DNA of 64,000 nucleotides from Micavibrio sp. (GCA_030824965.1 JAPJQV010000009.1:7164-71163), one strand, 5' to 3'; positions 9,801 to 18,399 are shown, counted from the stretch's first letter. Notes: generated by a model from the sequence alone, not told the origin. Numbers and translations: made by a program.

Positions 9801-11920
9801 ACACGATCAGCAATACTGGCTGGCAGGGCATTCGTTTGTCTTCGGCCAGTAATGCGCTTGTCCAGGGCAATAGTGTCTCGACATCGGGTGCAGACGGAAT
9901 TTACTCCCAGTGGGGCGGCAATGTAACTATTGATGACAATATTGTTTCAGGCGCGGCACGCAGCGGTATCCTCGTGTTGAACACCGGCGCAAACAATCAG
10001 ATCACAAATAATACGGTCGATAATACGGGTGAAGACGCAATTCGAGTTCAGGTATCAAACGGTGCAACGGTCACAGGCAATATTATCGGTACTGGCGCAG
10101 GTTCCATCGGTCGCGACGGCATTCGGTTGGCCGGAACCAGCAACGCTTTGGTTGATAACAATACGGTAGCCAAAGCCAATCGTTACGGCATTTACGCATC
10201 TCAGGGCGGATCTTTGGTAACGAACAACACGATTAGCAATAACGCTGTAGATGCGACTGGCTCGAACGGCATCTATTTCAACGGCAGCAATAATAGCTCT
10301 ATCAGTGGCAACGTTGTCGGTTTTGCGAGCAGTGTCACTAAAATAAAAGGCGACGGCATCCTTGTCGAGAACTCCGCCAACGCGACGGTTAACGGCAACA
10401 CAGTTACAAACGTGGCGAGCCTTGCCTCTAATATCGGCAGCGGTATTTCTATCTTAAACAGCAACGGCGCATCTGTCACGGATAACACGATCAGCAATAC
10501 TGGCTGGCAGGGCATTCGTTTGTCTTCGGCCAGCAATGCACTTGTCCAGGGCAATAGTGTCTCGACATCGGGTGCAGACGGTATTTACTCCCAGTGGGGC
10601 GGTAATGTAACTATTGATGACAACACCGTCTCAGGCGCAGGCCGCAGTGGCATTATGATCCTCAATACCGGAGCAAACAATCAGATCACAAATAATACGG
10701 TCGATAATACGAGTGAAGACGCAATTCGAGTTCAGGTATCGAACGGTGCGACGGTCACAGGCAATATTATAGGTGCTGGCGCAGGTTCGATCGGTCGCGA
10801 CGGTATTCGGTTGGCTGGAACCAGCAACGCTTTGGTTGATAACAATACGGTAGCCAAAGCCAACCGGAATGGTATCTATGTGACGCAAGGCGGATCTTTA
10901 GTTACCAATAATATAATCACCAATAATACAATCAATGCGATTGGCGGAGATGGCATCTATTTGAACGGCAGCACCAATACTTTGGTTCAAGCTAATTTCA
11001 TCGGCTTAGGTCCGGATCTGACAGCGGGAACGCCTGACGATACTTCAATAGGAAATGACGGTATCCGTGTGGCGAATTCGCTTCTGGCTGATATCATTGG
11101 CAACTTTATTTCCAGTGCAACTCGATCAGGAATTTTTGTTGAGAATATGGGCGCTGGTCAGGTTAACATATCCGGTAATGAAGTCACCAATTCGAACACT
11201 GGAATGAATTTCGAAAGCGGCTTGATTAATTTGACAGGCGCGTCGAACACGGTAACAGGCGGTGCTATCGGATATCATTTTGAACCGACTGGGCTAAATA
11301 GCGTTAATCTTTTTGGTAATACAATCGGCACAACTGTTTTCTCAGGCCAGTCACAATACTTCGTCGAACTCGCCAATGGAGCGCTTTACAATCCCGGCAC
11401 GCCAACGGTAATTGATGGAACGAATGCAAGCTATAATGGTTACACTCCAGCGGTAGATGGCTTAATCATGTCTTCGCCTCAATACAGCCTGATCGATAAC
11501 GGTATTTGGGACTGGAATAATGATCCTACCTTGGGCCTTTTCTTCTTTGGTTTATTGCCTGCTATTGATATAGACGAAAGTGACCTGTTCCGAGAAATTG
11601 CCGGAATTCCAGGCGTTGCGGGTAGGTTCAGCATTACTATCCGTGGCTTACCGCGTATCGCTGGACTGACGCCTGCAACAGCAGCTGATGCCGGGGCAGG
11701 ATTTTCACTGAATGATATTACACCTGCAGCAGGCGGCGATGATGAACCGCAAATAGTATCAACTCAAAATCCTGAGCAGATAGAGCCGGCAGCGGGCGAG
11801 GCAGGCAATGTAATCGAAGCCACAAACTGGAATTCTGCAATCGATGCAGCAAGTCAGGGGCAGGTCGTTAATTATAGTTTCTCAGGTGATGGCAGTGACA
11901 TTATGACCTCCGGATTATAA
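6830..11920 (+). CDS. large two-partner-secretion (TpsA-like) exoprotein: N-terminal TPS/haemagglutination-activity domain plus PbH1/CASH right-handed beta-helix repeats (up to 1696 aa; probable start at ATG 6941 giving an extended signal peptide)
   Basis: TPS-domain signature NTDRTVINWDSFNIGKDATTQFYQPNSNSLAVNRVYSKGVDPTQILGKLIANGKVMVLDRNGVIFGKDAVIDVGGIIASTGDI. Signal-peptide-like MSLRSTQTIKSLGRKVSLMAMLTAGALMTPGQAFA upstream of it. Dozens of NNT(V/I)xN/GxxGI beta-helix repeats. Confidence 0.85.
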   Translation: MKLRTGGKLYSGFTVRSGSNFIHFLSRFNALSKGFKTMSLRSTQTIKSLGRKVSLMAMLTAGALMTPGQAFAIDAGELPSGGTVVGGDASFDYSQPNKLDVHQNTDRTVINWDSFNIGKDATTQFYQPNSNSLAVNRVYSKGVDPTQILGKLIANGKVMVLDRNGVIFGKDAVIDVGGIIASTGDINVNQVMSGANKIDITNISEAAVINDGKITVADQGLAALVAKTAVNNGVIKAKVGRVALSSGTKATVDLYGDNLIEIAADSNLEAALVSNSGKIEAEGGTVQLTASAAKNAVDSVVNMDGVVDVSSVEVKGGKIILGGGNVNVSGKLNANGKTGGGKVDIKGKNVKVTESAEIAANAVETGKGGTVDLIAEDAMSFKGLITARGGSISGNGGDVEVSGYESLFYDGHADLTAASGQLGNLLLDPRFMVIYGGNVPLSTTYTISSARLANQLRSANVTVQADEFIDVGTKDGVYLENVGSLLENIATNIALNALPDGDVDVSTWSQTTFSFPSCILGCTTTGTTAGNLTLTSDTVNFNRNLTMGSGSLTVNAGTINLNSRIQNKNASLLGDSHLIGTSSVGTINIGANGKINQGISFADDATALTTINVAAGTYAESVNVNKANVLLKGNGVLNGTKLAPNSPGVQINADNVTVDGFTILNASGASDGYGIIVDGYDNATISNNFVIGSQLNGIKVKNSNSSSVSNNTVNGAGHDGILVENSANATINGNTVTNVASLASNIGSGISILNSNGASVTDNTISNTGWQGIRLSSANNVLVQGNNVSTSGADGIYSQWGGNVTIDDNTVSGTGRSGVMILNTGVNNLITNNIINGTSEDAIRVQVSNGAIVTGNIIGTGAGSIGRDGIRLAGTSNALVDNNTVAKANRYGIYASQGGSLVTNNTISNNRVNNTGGNGLYLNGSNASFLADNFVGISGLAGNIKGDGVLVENSANATVDGNAIANVASLIPNIGSGISILNSNGAFVTDNTISNTGWQGIRLSSASNALVQGNSVSTSGADGIYSQWGGNVTIDDNIVSGAARSGILVLNTGANNQITNNTVDNTGEDAIRVQVSNGATVTGNIIGTGAGSIGRDGIRLAGTSNALVDNNTVAKANRYGIYASQGGSLVTNNTISNNAVDATGSNGIYFNGSNNSSISGNVVGFASSVTKIKGDGILVENSANATVNGNTVTNVASLASNIGSGISILNSNGASVTDNTISNTGWQGIRLSSASNALVQGNSVSTSGADGIYSQWGGNVTIDDNTVSGAGRSGIMILNTGANNQITNNTVDNTSEDAIRVQVSNGATVTGNIIGAGAGSIGRDGIRLAGTSNALVDNNTVAKANRNGIYVTQGGSLVTNNIITNNTINAIGGDGIYLNGSTNTLVQANFIGLGPDLTAGTPDDTSIGNDGIRVANSLLADIIGNFISSATRSGIFVENMGAGQVNISGNEVTNSNTGMNFESGLINLTGASNTVTGGAIGYHFEPTGLNSVNLFGNTIGTTVFSGQSQYFVELANGALYNPGTPTVIDGTNASYNGYTPAVDGLIMSSPQYSLIDNGIWDWNNDPTLGLFFFGLLPAIDIDESDLFREIAGIPGVAGRFSITIRGLPRIAGLTPATAADAGAGFSLNDITPAAGGDDEPQIVSTQNPEQIEPAAGEAGNVIEATNWNSAIDAASQGQVVNYSFSGDGSDIMTSGL
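8984..10935 (+). repeat. about 2.85 near-identical tandem copies of a 684-bp (228-aa) unit inside the TpsA-like gene
   Basis: Unit starts recur at about 8984, 9668 and 10352 (period 684). The protein text repeats almost verbatim three times (DG(I/V)LVENSANAT...GIYASQGGSLVTNNTISNN). The minus-strand ORF track shows the same spurious ORF three times at 684-bp spacing (8980, 9589, 10273). Confidence 0.85.
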
Positions 11921-11935
11921 GAAAAATAAATAAAA

Positions 11936-11960
11936 AACCCGCCAAATGGCGGGTTTTTTT
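11936..11960. terminator. bidirectional rho-independent terminator between the convergent TpsA-like and WbaP-like genes
   Basis: AAAAAA-CCCGCC-aaat-GGCGGG-TTTTTTT read from sequence. Confidence 0.6.
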
Positions 11961-11964
11961 ATTT

Positions 11965-13437
11965 CTAATCTTTAACAATAACTGCCGGTATGGTTTTTAA
12001 GAGGATGACGATATCTCCCCAAAACGACCAGTTTCTGACGTACCAGCTGTCCCAATAAATGCGGCGCTGGAAACTCATTGAACTGCGTCCGCTGACTTGC
12101 CAAAGCCCGGTAATGCCAGGCTTCACCTGCATGTATTCGCGTACAGTATCGCCGTAATTTTCGACTTCACGCGGCAGGATAGGGCGAGGCCCAACAAGAC
12201 TCATGTTACCGATAAATACATTCCACAATTGTGGGATTTCATCGAGACTCGATTTGCGTAAAAGATGGGCGGTTTTGGTTTTGACACGGGGATCGCGAGG
12301 CAGTTTGAAATATTTATCCCAATGTTCCCTAGCTTGCGGATTTTGATCCAGATATTCGTACAAAAGATGATCGCAATCCGGCTCCATAGTGCGGAATTTC
12401 CAGCATTTGAAAAGCTTACCGTTTTGCCCAAGTCTTTCGCCGCCATAGAAAATACTCCCTTTATGTCCCTCTATTTTAAGGGCGATAAGGATGGCTAGAA
12501 ACATTGGCGAAAATGCAATCAATCCGCACAGAGAAGATGCGACATCGAGAGATCTCTTGGCAAAACGCGAAGCCGGATGGGTAAGCGACGTACGGGCTTG
12601 GAGCAGCATGACGTCGTATCCAAAGAAATAGCGTGGTTCCATTTCATATATACTCATGCGAGATATTGTCGGCACTACGGAATAATGCGCACCGGTATTC
12701 GCCAGGGTCTCGACGATTTTATCGCGCATAAGACCTTTAAAAGTGTCGAGCACGATAACGTAATAATTATCGGGATGCTGAGCAATATAATCTTCATAAT
12801 GCTCTATATCGTTCTCGACTTTTAAATTTTCGTATTTTGGAGGCAAATCTGAAAGAAGAAAGCGGTCACTGGAGTTATCGCGCAAAAAAACAGTATGCAC
12901 ATCGTATCCGGTTCCGGGATCTGCATTAAATGCATAGAGGATATCCGAAGCCGTGGTTGAATCACCGATTATGACGGTTGGGATATTCCACCTGGTAGAC
13001 CGAGCTCTTATTCGGAAAAAAAGCAGCCGCAGGCAGATACAAAATGCGAAGAATAAAATCCAGTTCAGGCAAATAAGCAGACTGGATGAGCGGATACTTA
13101 AGGCGAAACTGGCCGATCCTTCGGCTAAAGCGGCGAATAAAACCCCAAATGTAATAAGTCGAACCTGATTCCACCATGGAATCCGCAACGTATAATGGCC
13201 GTGAGATAGGAAGAGCAGGACTATAACAACGCTGATAGCAAAATATAAATAATAACGCTCAAACGGATTGATATAAATAAGGCTTGAGAAGTTCTGGCCA
13301 AGCTGAAATTGTGGAAAATAATCAACTAAAGACATAGCGCAACAAAAGCTCAATATTACGGCAAATATATCACCTGCGGCGATAATGAAGCCGCCGGATC
13401 GAGGGGCATGGTGTTTGCGCTGGGATGTTGAAAACAT
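11965..13437 (-). CDS. polyprenyl-phosphate hexose-1-phosphate transferase (WbaP/CpsE 'bacterial sugar transferase' family), initiating enzyme
   Basis: N-terminal TM segments plus C-terminal sugar-transferase domain with motifs LVGPRPILPREVENY and KPGITGLWQVSGRS. Confidence 0.85.
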   Translation of the reverse strand: MFSTSQRKHHAPRSGGFIIAAGDIFAVILSFCCAMSLVDYFPQFQLGQNFSSLIYINPFERYYLYFAISVVIVLLFLSHGHYTLRIPWWNQVRLITFGVLFAALAEGSASFALSIRSSSLLICLNWILFFAFCICLRLLFFRIRARSTRWNIPTVIIGDSTTASDILYAFNADPGTGYDVHTVFLRDNSSDRFLLSDLPPKYENLKVENDIEHYEDYIAQHPDNYYVIVLDTFKGLMRDKIVETLANTGAHYSVVPTISRMSIYEMEPRYFFGYDVMLLQARTSLTHPASRFAKRSLDVASSLCGLIAFSPMFLAILIALKIEGHKGSIFYGGERLGQNGKLFKCWKFRTMEPDCDHLLYEYLDQNPQAREHWDKYFKLPRDPRVKTKTAHLLRKSSLDEIPQLWNVFIGNMSLVGPRPILPREVENYGDTVREYMQVKPGITGLWQVSGRSSMSFQRRIYWDSWYVRNWSFWGDIVILLKTIPAVIVKD

Positions 13438-13559
13438 TTAAAAAAGCCAATTACATCAAAATATTATAGATAGAGGGTGTAAAAATTACTGCGTTGCAGT
13501 ATATATCAGGGCATAACCCTGTAAAAGTATATAACTACAAAAATTTATCCAGTGAGAAG

Positions 13560-14327
13560 ATGAATCATAAAAACCTGCTCCAGATTTTAGGAATGTTTCT
13601 ACTTCTATTCAGCTCGGCTACTTTCGCAGGCGATAATTTGGCGGAACGGGAAATAGCTGAATTTTTTGACGTCTCAGCAGACAGGGTCCATATTGAATGC
13701 CCGCAGAGAAGCTATAATTTTACAACCGAAGACAATCAGACGATCCTGAATTTTTGTCTTGATAAAGTTGACCAGAATAAACGCTGTGAAGTATCCATTG
13801 CCGGTTTGGACCGCTCGCCCGATATAAATGAAATTTCTTATGATTTAAAAATTGCCGACATCACGCCGCGCAATCTCTGGCAAAGTGTAATGCAAATTCA
13901 TTCTTTTCCGGACGAAGGCGAGAAATGGCGTTGCCCCGTATTATCATTGGAAACAGTGGCAGGAAATTTCCGATCGTTTAACCGTTGGGATGTGTCGCCG
14001 GTTTCTAAAACGCTTGGGTATAACTGCGCGGAGGCAGGCAGTACAATTTCTTCGCGTTCTGTTATAGACAATGTACCGATACGGCCAGGTGAGTGGCAGA
14101 AAATAGAGTTTGCCTCAAGATTATCCGCACAAGACGGATCGCTTCAATTAAAGGTAGATGAAAAAGATTCAGGTGTCCTAAGGGGCCCCAACATTTTCAA
14201 TGATAAAAAGCCTCCGTTTTTGAAATTTGGAATTTACAAGCCTGCCGGCTTTGAAAAAGGGCATTTGAAAAGCTGTGTCAAATACAAGAATGTAAAAATC
14301 TCCAGTAAAAAAATTAAAGAGAAATAA
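13560..14327 (+). CDS. secreted protein, possible jelly-roll polysaccharide lyase (alginate-lyase-2/PL7-like); 255 aa from ATG 13560
   Basis: Signal peptide MNHKNLLQILGMFLLLFSSATFA. QIH motif and C-terminal FLKFGIYKPAG reminiscent of PL7/alginate-lyase-2 QIH ... YFKAGVY motifs; family assignment weak. Confidence 0.45.
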   Translation: MNHKNLLQILGMFLLLFSSATFAGDNLAEREIAEFFDVSADRVHIECPQRSYNFTTEDNQTILNFCLDKVDQNKRCEVSIAGLDRSPDINEISYDLKIADITPRNLWQSVMQIHSFPDEGEKWRCPVLSLETVAGNFRSFNRWDVSPVSKTLGYNCAEAGSTISSRSVIDNVPIRPGEWQKIEFASRLSAQDGSLQLKVDEKDSGVLRGPNIFNDKKPPFLKFGIYKPAGFEKGHLKSCVKYKNVKISSKKIKEK

Positions 14328-15698
14328 TTGCCTGAAATCTTGAGCAAAGAAAGATTTTTGAATATTCCTCTGAAAAAATTCTTTTTTCAGTCGGTGGCGT
14401 TTGTGACTATTATATCGGTTTCAAATACAGCATCCAGCCATACAAGCAATTCAGAATTGCTCAATCCTGCGCCTAAACCGTTATATATAACAAAAAACAT
14501 ACCAAGGGAAAAAAGAGAGCAGGAACTTTCTGTTCGTTCGCGCCGCTCTCCTTCTTACGACCCGCAAAATATTCGTATCGGCGAGATTATTTTTGCACCG
14601 TCTATTGAAACCTATACGACTTATTCCGATAATGTTTACGGCCGCAGTGATAATGAGCGTGAAGACGTTATTTTCGGGGTCAGGCCGGAATTGAAAATTC
14701 GGTCCGATCTTCCGCTTCACCAGATTGGCTTTACGTTCTCAGCTGATGACGCCAGTTATAAAAAATTAAAGGAAGAAAATTACACGGACTATGTTGCAGA
14801 TTTCGACGGCCGTTTCGATGTCTATCCAGGATTTGCAATTCCCTTGTCGTTTTCTTACCGGCAACAGCATAGCGGCCGTGACGATCCGGAAGAACGGATA
14901 TCGGCGGAACCGACCATTTACAGGTTATTGCAAGGCCGGACGGGATTGCGGCTGACAAGCAGCTATGTAGAGGTCAACGCGTTAACCGGGTTTGAACGCT
15001 ATAAATACGATGATACATTATCGTTTTCTGGTGCATTGATAGATAATAGCGCACGTGATCGCGATGTTCTCTCTAACACCGTTTCAGTCGGAGTGCCGCA
15101 AACGTCTATTATCGCGCCGTTTGTTTATTTATCGCATAAAACAACCACTTACGATCAAGGAGTCGACAGTTTCAATATCAGTCGTGATTCTGATGAAACA
15201 GAGATTGGCGTCGGTTCAATCTTCAATTTTACACCTGTGACGCGCTCGACATTCCGTATCGGTCAAACCACGCATAATTTCGACGACCCGAGAGCGGACG
15301 AGATTAAAGTGATAAGCTATTCTGCCGATCTCAACTGGGATCCTTCTACGTTAGCGGCCTTTACGCTAACCGGCAGTCGAGGCATCGAGGAGGTTTTCGT
15401 TAATTCCGGCGCAAGAATCGAAACAGCTTTGCAACTGGGGATGACTTATGAACTGGCCCCAAATATATTGCTCAGGCCCAGCATTGGATATATTGAAAAA
15501 GAATATGAAGAGTTTTCGGAAGGCAAAACGAAGTCTATAGTCGGGGGCATGGAATTGACCTATAAAGTCAATCCGAATATATGGGCAACGCTTGAATATA
15601 CAGGTATCACGGAAGAGGCGGAAAGTAACCCCGGCGGTATCGGCGTTGAAGGATACGATAAAAATACGATTACCTTATCTATGAAGTTTCAACTTTAA
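14328..15698 (+). CDS. predicted outer-membrane beta-barrel protein, candidate partner of the short OPX protein (Wzp-like); start uncertain (TTG at 14328, no in-frame ATG before the hydrophobic segment)
   Basis: N-terminal hydrophobic signal-like segment, alternating amphipathic beta-strand-like character, aromatic-rich C-terminus; sits immediately 5' of the OPX gene. Confidence 0.55.
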   Translation: MPEILSKERFLNIPLKKFFFQSVAFVTIISVSNTASSHTSNSELLNPAPKPLYITKNIPREKREQELSVRSRRSPSYDPQNIRIGEIIFAPSIETYTTYSDNVYGRSDNEREDVIFGVRPELKIRSDLPLHQIGFTFSADDASYKKLKEENYTDYVADFDGRFDVYPGFAIPLSFSYRQQHSGRDDPEERISAEPTIYRLLQGRTGLRLTSSYVEVNALTGFERYKYDDTLSFSGALIDNSARDRDVLSNTVSVGVPQTSIIAPFVYLSHKTTTYDQGVDSFNISRDSDETEIGVGSIFNFTPVTRSTFRIGQTTHNFDDPRADEIKVISYSADLNWDPSTLAAFTLTGSRGIEEVFVNSGARIETALQLGMTYELAPNILLRPSIGYIEKEYEEFSEGKTKSIVGGMELTYKVNPNIWATLEYTGITEEAESNPGGIGVEGYDKNTITLSMKFQL

Positions 15699-15713
15699 AA
15701 CGGCACGGAAACG

Positions 15714-16283
15714 ATGAAGCGATTGGAAATAATGAAATTTATCTTGGCCCTTTTGCTGGTGCCGCTTTTGCTGACGGCGTGCGCCCAGGCTAAATCGACA
15801 CCCATGAAATCCGCTATGGGGGAACAGGGCTATGTTCTCGGCTCAGGGGATGCTCTGCGCATTATCGTTTATGGTCAGGATGAATTGTCAGGACAGTTTA
15901 CGATCGACCCATCAGGCACGATTTCTATGCCGCTTATAAAAGACATCAAGGCATCTGGCCTGACGGTCCGCGAGTTGGAAGAGGTTGTTACCAACCAGCT
16001 TCAACCGAAATATCTGACGGATCCGAAGGTTAGTGTCGAGGTCATCGAATATCGCAGCGTTTATATACTTGGTGAAGTCCGGACACCTGGCAAATATGCA
16101 TATGTCCCGAACATGACGGTCTTACAGGCCATTGCCGTGGCTGGAGGTCATACCTATCGTGCCAATGAAAATGGCGCCGAGATTACAAGGCTGGATGGTG
16201 AAGTTTTACGAACATTCGATGCTCCGATCAATCAAATGGTTCAACCTGGTGACACGGTCATCATTAAAAGACGCTGGTTCTAA
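15714..16283 (+). CDS. polysaccharide export protein, short OPX/Wza-like lipoprotein (189 aa; Poly_export plus SLBB, lacking the C-terminal OM helix domain)
   Basis: Lipobox LLLTAC. Motifs YVLGSGDALRIIVYGQDELSGQFTIDPSGTISMPLI and PGDTVII typical of Wza N-terminal/SLBB domains. Only about half the length of a canonical Wza. Confidence 0.8.
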   Translation: MKRLEIMKFILALLLVPLLLTACAQAKSTPMKSAMGEQGYVLGSGDALRIIVYGQDELSGQFTIDPSGTISMPLIKDIKASGLTVRELEEVVTNQLQPKYLTDPKVSVEVIEYRSVYILGEVRTPGKYAYVPNMTVLQAIAVAGGHTYRANENGAEITRLDGEVLRTFDAPINQMVQPGDTVIIKRRWF

Positions 16284-16288
16284 AAGGA

Positions 16289-18394
16289 ATGAATATGCAC
16301 AAGAACAACGATCATATTGAGCCTTTGTCACTGAACGATCTTTTAGGCACGTTTAATCGCCACCGGATTTTGATCGGCTCGCTTATTCTTGCCTTTTTAT
16401 TCCTTGGTTTTGTTTTTTATAAAACATCGCCGGCTGAATACTCCGCCAAAGCGGTCGTGCTCATCGAAAATCAGGAACGCAATGTCCAGATTAAGGCTGT
16501 TCTTACTAATGAGGACGACGGTTTTACGATGATACCGTCGGAAATTCAGGTTCTTACATCGCGCGATCTGGTAGGCAAGGTCGTCGACAGACTTGAACTG
16601 GTTGAAAAGCCATGGCTTTTATCGGCAATGCCGGAAGAACAGCCTGTATCCTCCGAGCCTGCGCCATCTAAAGAAAATCTGGCGCGTATGAGGGACGGTA
16701 TGATCGACCGTATGCTCGGCGCGTTGAAAGTCAAACAAGTAGAAAAATCGCGCGCGATCGAAGTCGCCTTTCAGGCAAAAAATCCGAAGATCGCAGCGGA
16801 TGTCGTGAATACGCTGACGAAGCTTTACATCGAGCAGCAACTATCCAGCAATTTTGATGCCATACGACTGACTAATGAATGGCTATCGGATCGTGTCGCC
16901 GAAACGCAAAAAAAGGTTTTCGAAGCCGATACAAAAGTTGCCAGATATCGCGAGGCCGCTGGTATCGTTGACAGCCGAGGCATAGATTTGATCGAGCAGA
17001 ACATTGCCGAACTCAGCAACAAGCTGACTTCGGCGAATGCGGATGTGGCAGCAACGCAAGCGCAGCTCGGCTCCATCAGCAATCCAAACAAGCTTGAATC
17101 CGCGCCTGAAATTCTTTCTTCACCGCTTATTCAAGGCTTGCGCCAGAAAGAGGCGGACAGCCGCAATGTATTGGCATCTCTGCAAAATCAATTAGGCGCA
17201 TCGCATCCGAAAGTTCTAACTGCACGCGCAGAAGTTAATGAAATCAGCGCCAAAATTCGCCAGGAAACAAATCGCATTGCCGAAGGTCTTCGTCGTGAAA
17301 ATCAAACGGCAAAAGACAATGCGGAAAATATCGAGAAACAGCTCGATAAGCTGAAGGAAGAATATAATAAATATAAAAATAACAATATAGAACTGGCGGC
17401 TCTCGAAAGCGAAGCTTCGACTAATCGCGCGTTTTTGGAAACTTTAAGCCTGCGCCTGAAGGAAACACAGTCTCAGGAAGACAATAAATTCCAGACGCCT
17501 TATGCGCGGATTATTTCGCCCGCGCCGATACCGGGCTTTCCATCTAGTCCGAATAAGAAACTGATAATGCTGATCTCGCTGGTTGTCGGTATAGGTGCTG
17601 GCTGCGGTATCGCGCTTGCTATCGATATTCTTCATAACGGAATTTATAATGGTAAACAGGCACAGCATATTACCGGCAGGATGAATATCGCCACCGTGCC
17701 AAAAGCAAAGCTCGATCCAGAAAAAGGTTTGATTACCTATGCGGATTATGCGGTTCATGCGGCATCTTCTGCTTATATGCAGGGTATAAGGGCTGTTTCC
17801 ATGTTCTTGCGTCTGGAACTTAATAAGCATCCTGAAACTAAAGTTTTTAATTTTACATCCGCAGCAGTCGGCGAAGGGAAATCGGCTATAGCGGTTTCCA
17901 CAGCGCGCCAACTGGCTTTGGAAGGTGTCAAGGTATTGGCCATTGATCTTGATATAATGCAACCAAGCCTGACTAATGCGTTCGGCCTGATGCAAAAACC
18001 GGGGCTGAACGATCTTTTGAACGGCACGATTTCATTGCAAGATGTTCTTTATAAAGATAAGCAAACGGGCGCGACATTGATGGGGGTCGGCAGGCTCGAT
18101 AACGTGAATGTCATGAGCCAAAGCTTCACGCAATGGAAAAATCTTATTGAAGGTTTGATAGCTCAGTTCGATATTATCCTTCTCGATAGCCCGCCCGTTA
18201 TGTCATCGCCGGAAACAAGATTTCTTGCGAAGCTGAGCAAGAATATTCTTTGTGTCCGTTGGAAAAAAACGCCTGTTAAATCCCTTTGTTTTGCTATTGA
18301 TACGCTGGAAAGGCTGGAATGTACGGTTGCTGGGACAGTAATTACAATGTCTCAGGATAAGCGAAAATCCGTGCGGGATAGTTATAGATCGTAA
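16289..18394 (+). CDS. GumC/Wzc-like polysaccharide co-polymerase (PCP-2a) with C-terminal P-loop ATPase domain
   Basis: N-terminal TM plus Wzz-like coiled-coil periplasmic domain, a second TM, then Walker A (AAVGEGKS) and Walker B (DIILLDSPP). No tyrosine-rich C-terminal tail (ends ...KRKSVRDSYRS). Confidence 0.8.
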   Translation: MNMHKNNDHIEPLSLNDLLGTFNRHRILIGSLILAFLFLGFVFYKTSPAEYSAKAVVLIENQERNVQIKAVLTNEDDGFTMIPSEIQVLTSRDLVGKVVDRLELVEKPWLLSAMPEEQPVSSEPAPSKENLARMRDGMIDRMLGALKVKQVEKSRAIEVAFQAKNPKIAADVVNTLTKLYIEQQLSSNFDAIRLTNEWLSDRVAETQKKVFEADTKVARYREAAGIVDSRGIDLIEQNIAELSNKLTSANADVAATQAQLGSISNPNKLESAPEILSSPLIQGLRQKEADSRNVLASLQNQLGASHPKVLTARAEVNEISAKIRQETNRIAEGLRRENQTAKDNAENIEKQLDKLKEEYNKYKNNNIELAALESEASTNRAFLETLSLRLKETQSQEDNKFQTPYARIISPAPIPGFPSSPNKKLIMLISLVVGIGAGCGIALAIDILHNGIYNGKQAQHITGRMNIATVPKAKLDPEKGLITYADYAVHAASSAYMQGIRAVSMFLRLELNKHPETKVFNFTSAAVGEGKSAIAVSTARQLALEGVKVLAIDLDIMQPSLTNAFGLMQKPGLNDLLNGTISLQDVLYKDKQTGATLMGVGRLDNVNVMSQSFTQWKNLIEGLIAQFDIILLDSPPVMSSPETRFLAKLSKNILCVRWKKTPVKSLCFAIDTLERLECTVAGTVITMSQDKRKSVRDSYRS

Positions 18395-18399
18395 TTGGT

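Noticed and set aside
7533-10888. Minus-strand ORFs inside the exoprotein gene, three of which have near-identical translations (8980-9168, 9589-9870, 10273-10554)
   Set aside because: They are antisense shadows of the 684-bp tandem repeat in the plus-strand gene, useful only as evidence for the repeat.
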